From the IMG/VR virus record IMGVR_UViG_3300043415_000084, positions 1-59,352 of that record: a stretch of 59,352 bases of DNA, one strand, 5' to 3'. The notes below the pieces were generated by a model that worked only from the letters and a program-made list of their open reading frames with translations, did not search any database and had not been told where the DNA came from. Every line of letters starts with the position of its first letter. Positions within the stretch are counted from its first letter, which is position 1. The position numbers and the translations under genes are program-made. Positions 37,928 through 45,036 of this stretch are shown one piece after another. This DNA comes from a virus (lineage: Duplodnaviria; Caudoviricetes).

Positions 37928-38142
37928 AGAGCTACATCGCCGGTGAAGCCACATGGCGGTCACCGCAGGAGCACCCTCCCCCGATGGGCGTGAGAATGAT
38001 GCTTCTGAACCCGAGTGGCGTGTGCGTGATCGGGACCTGGGCCGACTGGGCGTTGGCCTGGGCTCCGCTGCCAAAGATCACACCTGAAATGAAAAGCATC
38101 ATCATCTATGGAAAAAAAGATATTATGAAAGCGAAGGAATGA
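37924..38142 (+). CDS. Hypothetical protein (HPPP.G..MLLNP.GV..G.W...AWAPLPK)
   Basis: GTGA overlap start; pattern seen in small phage proteins. Confidence 0.6.
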   Translation: MKSYIAGEATWRSPQEHPPPMGVRMMLLNPSGVCVIGTWADWALAWAPLPKITPEMKSIIIYGKKDIMKAKE

Positions 38143-38360
38143 ATCGCGACGAAATCATCCGCATGGCGCGGGAGGCTGGATTGGCTTACGGGCCTGACGA
38201 AAAGCCATTAGGTTCTGTAACACGTTTTGCTGCCCTTGTTGCCGCAGCAGAGCGTGAGGCGTGTGCGAAGGTGTGTGATGTGCTTGCTGTACATCCTGAA
38301 TATGCGTCAGACATTACAAAGGTGGCCGCGCAAGCAATCCGAGCAAGGGGTGAGAAATGA
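38139..38360 (+). CDS. Hypothetical accessory protein (AAAEREACAKV..AIRARG)
   Basis: ATGA coupling; module repeated in 38811-39080. Confidence 0.7.
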   Translation: MNRDEIIRMAREAGLAYGPDEKPLGSVTRFAALVAAAEREACAKVCDVLAVHPEYASDITKVAAQAIRARGEK

Positions 38361-38581
38361 TTAACGATGGAGGACCAGCATTTCCACGAACCGGATGGCC
38401 GAACGAAACAGGAATGACACTGCGCGATTACTTTGCAGCGAAGGCGATGCAAGGCCTTTTGGCAGGCCTTGATAAGGATGCAAGACGGTTTCTTGAGTTT
38501 CAGACCGAGCCAGAACAAACCATGGCAAAGGCATCGTGGTTAATGGCCGACGCAATGCTGAAAGCAAGGGGTGAGCAATGA
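38357..38581 (+). CDS. Hypothetical accessory protein (GGPAFP..GMTLRDYFAAKAMQ..ADAMLKAR)
   Basis: Common small phage protein motif; junction-repeat RBS. Confidence 0.75.
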   Translation: MINDGGPAFPRTGWPNETGMTLRDYFAAKAMQGLLAGLDKDARRFLEFQTEPEQTMAKASWLMADAMLKARGEQ

Positions 38582-38814
38582 GTACGCAACCCAAAGCCTT
38601 GCAGTTGGCTGACATGGTTGAAAGATATAACGCAGGAGTTCATTCACAGGCAATCTGCGAGGACTATCAACAAGCTGCTGCTGAACTACGCCGACTGCAC
38701 GAGGTGAATGCTGATCTGCTTGCAGCGTTGCAGTACGCAATCAAACAGGTGCCTGAGCTGGCTACTGTTCCAGGCATCAGCGACGCCATCGTGAAAGCAA
38801 GGGGTGAGCAGTGA
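38578..38814 (+). CDS. Hypothetical accessory protein (QPKAL.LAD..AAAELRRLH..LLAAL)
   Basis: Junction-repeat RBS. Confidence 0.7.
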   Translation: MSTQPKALQLADMVERYNAGVHSQAICEDYQQAAAELRRLHEVNADLLAALQYAIKQVPELATVPGISDAIVKARGEQ

Positions 38815-39080
38815 CTAACCACATCGGACTGGATGAACTTGCTATACAAGAAGGCATACGCAAGCCGTGGGAAACCCTCTTGATGATGACAAAAACTGCG
38901 TACGGTCTTTATGCCTTCACTCATAAGGATTTAGAGCAATTCGCCGTCCTTGTTGCCGCTGCCGAGCGCGAGGCGTGTGCGAAGGTGGCAGACGAGCAGG
39001 CGCAGGACGAACCATACGGTCACGCAAAATTCAGGTGCGGCAATATCGCAGCCGCCATACGAGAAAGAGGTAAGATATGA
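38811..39080 (+). CDS. Hypothetical accessory protein (AAAEREACAKV..AAAIRERG)
   Basis: Junction-repeat RBS. Confidence 0.7.
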   Translation: MTNHIGLDELAIQEGIRKPWETLLMMTKTAYGLYAFTHKDLEQFAVLVAAAEREACAKVADEQAQDEPYGHAKFRCGNIAAAIRERGKI

Positions 39081-39150
39081 GCGGTGAAATAATCAAATGT
39101 TACCGTTCATCCGATCCGACGAGCGGTAGGTTCCAAATACCCATTTGGAC

Positions 39151-39179
39151 TTGACAAGGTATTGCACGGGTGTTATAAT
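39151..39179 (+). promoter_or_regulatory. Consensus sigma70 promoter with upstream inverted boxes
   Basis: TTGACA-17bp-(TGt)TATAAT; ATAGAGGA at 39216. Confidence 0.85.
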
Positions 39180-39230
39180 AGAGGTTCGTTAGTAGCAAAC
39201 ATTCCACCCAAACCGATAGAGGAAAACGAA

Positions 39231-39740
39231 ATGAACCAAGCCACAGTCACCACCGCTCGTGTAATCCCCACCGACGACCTCGTCAAGATCCTCGCCGTCA
39301 AAGGCGGATGGACCACAGTCGCCGACGTCGGCAGCGGTCGCGAGTACAAGGTCCGCAATTCCGCGTTGCACATGATTGTCGAGACCCCAGTCAAGCCCCC
39401 GGTCCTGGCCGAAGAAGTCCGCGCACCGAAGGTCGCCGCTCCTCGCGAAAAGCTCCCCCTCGAGCAGCGCAAGAACGGGGTGGTGGATTCGCTCTACCTG
39501 CAGTTTTACCAGAATTACAGCAAGACCGTGAACGGCCAAGTCGTCCGCTCGATGGACAAGGGCGATTTCGTGGCGGTTGAGCTTCGCAAGTGCGAGACAC
39601 TCGAGCAAGTGTACACTTTCGTCGCGAGCCAGATGGGACTCTCCCGTGCCGATTTGGTCTCCCGGTTCGCTCACCTCAACGTCGGCATGCAGCGCATGAA
39701 CCTCGGCAACATGCTGCGCCGCTACCTCAAAGGAGCATGA
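39231..39740 (+). CDS. Hypothetical early protein (D.GD.VA..LR...HLNVGMQRMNLGN.LR)
   Basis: Promoter-proximal with strong RBS. Confidence 0.7.
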   Translation: MNQATVTTARVIPTDDLVKILAVKGGWTTVADVGSGREYKVRNSALHMIVETPVKPPVLAEEVRAPKVAAPREKLPLEQRKNGVVDSLYLQFYQNYSKTVNGQVVRSMDKGDFVAVELRKCETLEQVYTFVASQMGLSRADLVSRFAHLNVGMQRMNLGNMLRRYLKGA

Positions 39741-39985
39741 TGACCACCACACCGATTTTCCCTACTAGCATTATGGCCACCGAAACCCCGAACACCCGGA
39801 TCCGCCTCGCGAAGGGGCGGTTAGCCGGTGAAATGCTGCACCAGGGTCGAGTCTACAAGTTCGATTGCTCGATCTCGGGCCAAGACATCGACGCCGAATT
39901 CCGGACCGTGGGCGAGGAGCCCTTCGACCGGTGGGAGGCGTTCAAAGCCCTCGAGGCCTGGATTGAGGCGCACCTCTGTGGTTAA
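39737..39985 (+). CDS. Hypothetical protein
   Basis: AAGGAG RBS, ATGA overlap. Confidence 0.6.
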   Translation: MMTTTPIFPTSIMATETPNTRIRLAKGRLAGEMLHQGRVYKFDCSISGQDIDAEFRTVGEEPFDRWEAFKALEAWIEAHLCG

Positions 39986-40538
39986 CTGGCCTTTCCCCTT
40001 TGGTGACCGTCCCGACGGCACCCACCGCGCGATCGGGGAACCGATCGCCCCACCTACCCTTGCACTTGTGGAAGACACGATGAGCTTTGAACTTGCCATC
40101 GACGAACACGCCCCCCGGGGAGTCGGGGACCCCTTCTACGTCCCGTGGTGGGCGAAGATTCGCCGATTGGACGGTGAAGCGAAAACGTACCGTGCCTGGG
40201 ACGGCACCGAAATCCGGGGTGGGAAGATCGTCTCGCGTGGTACCTCCTTCCGGGGGTTCGAGGCGGTGATGCACACGAAGCCCGAGGTCGCTCCGACAGA
40301 GATGGCCCCGCCGAGCCCTCCGGAGGTACTTCCGTTGCATTCGAAGCCCCGGGTTAAGGCTAATGTACCGGACTGGGCCTCCGATGCGCTCCGTGAGGCC
40401 GGGAAGTGCCCCGACGCCCGTTCAAGGCTCTGCGCCCAGTACGGCATCGACTACGCGGCGCTCATCGAGGGGGCACCAAATGCTGGGGTGGCTACGATGC
40501 GAGTCGTGAACGCGCTCCGCCGTTCGTCGAAAGGCTGA
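39978..40538 (+). CDS. Hypothetical protein; C-terminus (PNAGVATMRVVNALRR) resembles that of 39231-39740
   Basis: GTG start overlapping upstream gene; start uncertain. Confidence 0.55.
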   Translation: MVNWPFPFGDRPDGTHRAIGEPIAPPTLALVEDTMSFELAIDEHAPRGVGDPFYVPWWAKIRRLDGEAKTYRAWDGTEIRGGKIVSRGTSFRGFEAVMHTKPEVAPTEMAPPSPPEVLPLHSKPRVKANVPDWASDALREAGKCPDARSRLCAQYGIDYAALIEGAPNAGVATMRVVNALRRSSKG

Positions 40539-40577
40539 CGTTATTTACCCTTTTAACCACTGATAGAGGACAGTGAA

Positions 40578-40763
40578 ATGGCGAAACGATTAAGTGCAAT
40601 GGACCAAGTGTGGGTCACCCAGGAAATGAAAGCCAAAGCGGAGCGTTACCCCACTTGCGGGTACCGCAAAATCGCCGCGATGCTTAGGCTCGACGGGTGG
40701 GCGGTCACCGAAACGCAGGTGAAACGGTTGTGGCGGTTGGCCGGAATGAAGGCACAGCTGTGA
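40578..40763 (+). CDS. Stand-alone IS3-transposase-like HTH protein
   Basis: YPTCGYRKIAAMLRLDGW.V....VKRLWR.AG.K matches the IS3 OrfB N-terminal HTH pattern; ATAGAGGA RBS. Confidence 0.6.
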   Translation: MAKRLSAMDQVWVTQEMKAKAERYPTCGYRKIAAMLRLDGWAVTETQVKRLWRLAGMKAQL

Positions 40764-41221
40764 GCGCGGAAAAGAACCTCTGGGGCTGGCTCGACCTGCG
40801 CCTCGGGGGTCACTGGTTCGCGCAACGAGTCGAAAACGAGGTCGGCCGTGACACCCCGGACGTGTGGTTCGCGCTTTACAAACTCCGCGCGGTCTCGGGC
40901 TGGATCGAACTCAAGGTCCTCACCGACCTGCCCAAGCGCCCCGGCACCCCTCTCCGGCTCCCGAAGTGGACCTCCGGGCAGCGCAATTGGGCGGTGTCCG
41001 CACACCGGCACGGGGCTTGGTGCTTCCTGGGGCTGCAGGTGCTCGAACGCCAGGAATTCTACCTCATCCCCGGGCATGAGGCGGCACGACTGGTCGAAAT
41101 GCAGGTGCCACACGAGGAGACGCTGCACAAGCTTCGCGTCCGGGGGCTGTGCGTGGACCAAAAGACTTCACGTGAAACACAAACGCTTCGACTAGTTGAC
41201 ACGCTTCGCCAGCCGTGGTAA
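40760..41221 (+). CDS. PD-(D/E)xK nuclease, VRR-NUC / Holliday-junction-resolvase-like
   Basis: E..LW...RVEN..G..TPDV.....WIELK....Q..W. Confidence 0.75.
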   Translation: MSAEKNLWGWLDLRLGGHWFAQRVENEVGRDTPDVWFALYKLRAVSGWIELKVLTDLPKRPGTPLRLPKWTSGQRNWAVSAHRHGAWCFLGLQVLERQEFYLIPGHEAARLVEMQVPHEETLHKLRVRGLCVDQKTSRETQTLRLVDTLRQPW

Positions 41222-41224
41222 GAT
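41196..41224 (+). promoter_or_regulatory. sigma70-like promoter reading into element B
   Basis: TTGACA-17bp-(TGg)TAAGAT. Confidence 0.55.
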
Positions 41225-41313
41225 TCGTGGATCTGCCCTCCCCGGGCGGTGTGTGGCACCCTCGCCACACTGGCCGAGATAAGTCTCGTGCCGTCTTGGC
41301 AGCAGCCGAGAAG

Positions 41314-41568
41314 TGTTCCATTGTTCCATCATGATGGAACACAGATGGAACGGTCAGAAGCCCCGTACGACGGACCAGAGAGCCAAGTGTTCCATTGTTC
41401 CATGCATATATACGTATATATTTTTGGTTCGAAAACCTGAATATGGGGGGATATGAGGTGGAACGGTGGAACAAAAGAGGGTACTTGAAGAGAAGCCCCG
41501 AGGGACGGGGCCTTTGGACCAGTGGGGTTGTTCCATTGCTGTTCCATTATGATGGAACGATGGAACGG
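41314..41568. repeat. Non-coding element B: inverted homologue of element A
   Basis: 12 GTTCCA/TGGAAC boxes; 41388-41418 is the exact reverse complement of 20106-20136. Confidence 0.75.
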
Positions 41569-41734
41569 ATATGACCACACCCGTACTACACCTGCAGACT
41601 TCCAGACGACAAGGTATCGTCACTCACCACGCAGGGCTGCACCTCGGCCTCGTACGCAAATGCATGAAGAAGAATTTTGACATGTCTGGTGGAACAGTTG
41701 TGGAACACGTTGCGCTTGTGGTACACTTCGCGTC

Positions 41735-42430
41735 ATGGCTGGAGTAAAAATCGAACCTTTGCCGGTGGTGGATGTCGACGCGGTGGGTGAACAAACACTG
41801 CGCGAGTACGAGCGCCGCGCGGGGATCACGTACGCGATGCTTTACGACATGGTGAAGCAGGACCGTGTTCGTTTTAAGGAACGAGGGGTCGAAGAAGACG
41901 CCGAGTCGTTAGTTTACTGTGTCCCGGGTGTTGAGGGTGTCGGACGTCTATGGCGTTTTGAACGCACGAAAGCCTACCGCATGCTGCAAATCCTGGCTGA
42001 GTTTCGGGACGGACCCGAGAATGCAAAATTTTCTTTAAGACACGCGTACGTGGCTGCCGAAGTTAGCCGTGGTGCGATGTCCACGTGGAGGGCGGAACAT
42101 CCGACCTTCGATCGTCTGATGGAAGACATCCAGCTCGAAATGGTTGACACCATGAAAGCCGAGGCTTATCGGCGCTCGGTGATCGGAGTCGACGAGCCCT
42201 TGGTACACCAGGGTCTTAAGACGGGCGAAACGATCAAAAAGTATTCCGATTCCCTGCTGCAGTTTACCCTGATGGGGTACGACGCGAAATTCCGAGCCAA
42301 AGACGTGAACGTCGCGGTATCGGGCCAACTTAACACGAACGTTAACATCGAGGGACTCCGTGATCGACTTGCCCAGCGATTACAGGCGGTCGCCAAGTCG
42401 AAGATACAAGGCGAAGAAAGCCCCGATTGA
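41735..42430 (+). CDS. Terminase small subunit
   Basis: WR..HP.F...EAYRR...GV.EP...G....KKYSDSLL.F.L; immediately upstream of TerL. Confidence 0.8.
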   Translation: MAGVKIEPLPVVDVDAVGEQTLREYERRAGITYAMLYDMVKQDRVRFKERGVEEDAESLVYCVPGVEGVGRLWRFERTKAYRMLQILAEFRDGPENAKFSLRHAYVAAEVSRGAMSTWRAEHPTFDRLMEDIQLEMVDTMKAEAYRRSVIGVDEPLVHQGLKTGETIKKYSDSLLQFTLMGYDAKFRAKDVNVAVSGQLNTNVNIEGLRDRLAQRLQAVAKSKIQGEESPD

Positions 42431-43802
42431 TCCGCACAATTTCTCGGATTTTGTGTCCGAGATGAGCGATCAGGAGGTGGTGGAGCTTTACTACGACTGG
42501 CCGACCTGGGCTCGACCCAACCAGATGGTCCCACCCGGTGAGGATTGGACGATTTGGCTCATTCTTGCCGGTCGTGGGTGGGGGAAGACTCGGTGTGGTG
42601 GTGAATTCGTGCGGTTTCACGTGGAACGAAAGCTTGCTTCACGCGTTGCGCTGATCGCCGAAGACGCGGGGGACGCCCGGGACGTGATGATCGAGGGCGA
42701 ATCCGGGCTCCTGGCCATTTCGCACCCCTCAAACCGTCCGAATTGGGTGCCGTCCAAGCGCCGACTCGAGTGGCCCAACGGGGCGATCGCGACGATCTAC
42801 TCGGACAACGATCCCGAGACCCTGCGCGGTCCACAGCACGACCTGTTTTGGGTCGACGAGTTGGCGAAATTCCGCAACGCCAAAGAAATGTGGTCTAATT
42901 TGATGTTCGGGCTTCGCCTCGGCCAACGCCCACGCGGTGTCGTCACCACCACGCCCAAACCGATTCCCATCGTGCGGGAGCTGCTCGAAAACCCGCGCGT
43001 CTTCGTCACCTCAGGGACCACGCATGAGAATTTCGGAAACCTTGCACCTACATTCCGTGATGAAATCATCGCCCAGTACGAGGGCACTCGACTTGGACGG
43101 CAAGAGCTTTACGCCGAGGTCATCGACCCGGAAGATTACGGAATCGTCAAACGCGAGTGGTTCAAGCTTTGGGACTCCGATCGGCCATTCCCCGATTTTA
43201 TGTACATTGTGCAGTCCTACGATTGTGCTTACACCGAAAAGACTATCAACGACCCAACCGCATGTTCCGTCTGGGGAGTGTTCAGGCCGAGTGAGGATTC
43301 ACCTCTTTGCGTGATGCTGATCGACTGCTGGGAGGAATTTCTCGCCTACCCCGATTTACGCCCCCGGGTGATCAACGAGTACAAAGAGTCCGTGTACGGC
43401 GAACCGGGCAAAAAGACCGATTTGGTGCTCGTCGAGGAGAAAGCCTCGGGCATTTCGATCCTCCAGGACTTGCGCTACGCCGGGGTGCCGTGTCGTGGCT
43501 ACAATCCGGGGCGAGCCGACAAGGTCCAACGGCTGCACATCGTGGCAAACATCATCGCCTGCGGTCGCGTCTACATTCCCGAGTCGGTCGTGCACCGAGG
43601 CCAGCCGCGTGACTGGGCGGAAAAGCTCGTGTCCCAGATCTGCTCCTTCCCCGAGGCCGAGCGCGACGACCTGACCGACACGACCACGCAGGTGCTGCGG
43701 CTGCTCAAGGACATGGACTTTTTGCGCATCGACCCGGCCGAAGTCGCGCCGGATTACTACGACGACGAACGACCACGCAGGGTGAATCCTTATGCCCAAT
43801 GA
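42360..43802 (+). CDS. terL: Terminase large subunit
   Basis: AGRGWGKT Walker A, LRGPQ..WVDE Walker B, TTTPKP, FP.A.RDD..D nuclease; true start may be ~42453/42462. Confidence 0.93.
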   Translation: MIDLPSDYRRSPSRRYKAKKAPIDPHNFSDFVSEMSDQEVVELYYDWPTWARPNQMVPPGEDWTIWLILAGRGWGKTRCGGEFVRFHVERKLASRVALIAEDAGDARDVMIEGESGLLAISHPSNRPNWVPSKRRLEWPNGAIATIYSDNDPETLRGPQHDLFWVDELAKFRNAKEMWSNLMFGLRLGQRPRGVVTTTPKPIPIVRELLENPRVFVTSGTTHENFGNLAPTFRDEIIAQYEGTRLGRQELYAEVIDPEDYGIVKREWFKLWDSDRPFPDFMYIVQSYDCAYTEKTINDPTACSVWGVFRPSEDSPLCVMLIDCWEEFLAYPDLRPRVINEYKESVYGEPGKKTDLVLVEEKASGISILQDLRYAGVPCRGYNPGRADKVQRLHIVANIIACGRVYIPESVVHRGQPRDWAEKLVSQICSFPEAERDDLTDTTTQVLRLLKDMDFLRIDPAEVAPDYYDDERPRRVNPYAQ

Positions 43803-45027
43803 TCTACTGAAAACGATCGGCGATTACCTCAACCCCGAGGATGTGCTCACCCTGGCCGGACCGCTCGCGGGGTTCAAGCCCACAGCCGGGATCACCGCCG
43901 CGCTGTACGCACCGAGCTTGAACGAAAACGAGGCCGAGGAGTTGGACAAGCTCCGGGCGATGCGCCCCCCAGTCGCTGCTCCACGTGAAACCGTACAGAC
44001 TCCCGAAATGCGGGATTTTGTAAATCGACTCCGGTACGAGCAGTTCGTGGGCGATCTCCGCAAGCAGTACGGGCAGCACGCCGACCTGATGCTGCAGGGG
44101 TTAATCAAGCAAGGGCTGCAGGACGAAGCGCAACAGGCCCGGATGACCGGTCCACGTGCCAAGCCCCCCGCCCCTCCCGCCGCGCGGCACGAGGCGACCA
44201 TCCCCGAAGGGCGATTCCGCAGGTACGCCGAGGGCGGCATGATCGAGCACACCACGCCGGACATGTCCGACGGCGGGCGGATGTTTTACACGGATTCGCT
44301 CGACTCCTACGCCGGGGGTGGTGGCGTTAAGGGAAAGACCGTGCAGCAAATGGCGGACGAGTTGCTCACCAAAGGTGTGAAGACGCCGGACCTGTCGAGG
44401 CGAGGGTTCATGCGGTTGCCGGATCTAGGTGGTCTCAAGGAGTCGAAGCTCCCGGTACCGGCCAAAGACATGGAGCGCTTCCAGACCGAGAAGACCATGG
44501 TCGATCCCCTCTCGGGTTCGGTGGAGAAAGTGGTCGAGAAGGTCGCGCAAACGCCGATGTCCAGGCGTCAGGTTTTGCAGGGCGCACTTGCCCAAACCGC
44601 GCAACGGGTGCTGCCCTCGGTGGCTATGCAACCCGTGAGGGATGTGGCGTCCGAGGTGGCCAAGACTGTGATGAAGCCCGTCCCCACCCCGTCAATTGGT
44701 GGTCTGGTGGCGCAGGCGTTGAAAATGGGTATGGACGAAGACGAGGTCATTCGTTTCGTGCAAAGTGCGATGCCAAAAGAAGATCCTGAGGCGATAGCCG
44801 GTGATTTGTATTACCTGCCCGGAATTATGCGCGATCCGTACGAATACGCAGAGGATATGGGCGATGCACCATTGATGAAAATCTTCGGGCAATTAGTGTC
44901 GCCCTACCAGGAATCCCCAATGGGACTTCGTCGTACGATGCGCGACATACGAGCCATAGACCCGGAAAAGTACAATGAGTTAAAATCGGTGGCTCGCGAT
45001 ATTAAAATGTCGAATCTGGAAGACTAA
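43792..45027 (+). CDS. Unknown protein between terL and portal with YAxGG and twin-arginine-like motifs
   Basis: YAEGG, MSDGG, YAGGG; DLSRRGFM and PMSRRQVL. Confidence 0.6.
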   Translation: MPNDLLKTIGDYLNPEDVLTLAGPLAGFKPTAGITAALYAPSLNENEAEELDKLRAMRPPVAAPRETVQTPEMRDFVNRLRYEQFVGDLRKQYGQHADLMLQGLIKQGLQDEAQQARMTGPRAKPPAPPAARHEATIPEGRFRRYAEGGMIEHTTPDMSDGGRMFYTDSLDSYAGGGGVKGKTVQQMADELLTKGVKTPDLSRRGFMRLPDLGGLKESKLPVPAKDMERFQTEKTMVDPLSGSVEKVVEKVAQTPMSRRQVLQGALAQTAQRVLPSVAMQPVRDVASEVAKTVMKPVPTPSIGGLVAQALKMGMDEDEVIRFVQSAMPKEDPEAIAGDLYYLPGIMRDPYEYAEDMGDAPLMKIFGQLVSPYQESPMGLRRTMRDIRAIDPEKYNELKSVARDIKMSNLED

Positions 45028-45036
45028 GGACCCGAT

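Noticed and set aside
40578-40763. Intact IS3 insertion sequence
   Set aside because: No DDE catalytic domain, inverted repeats or target duplication visible
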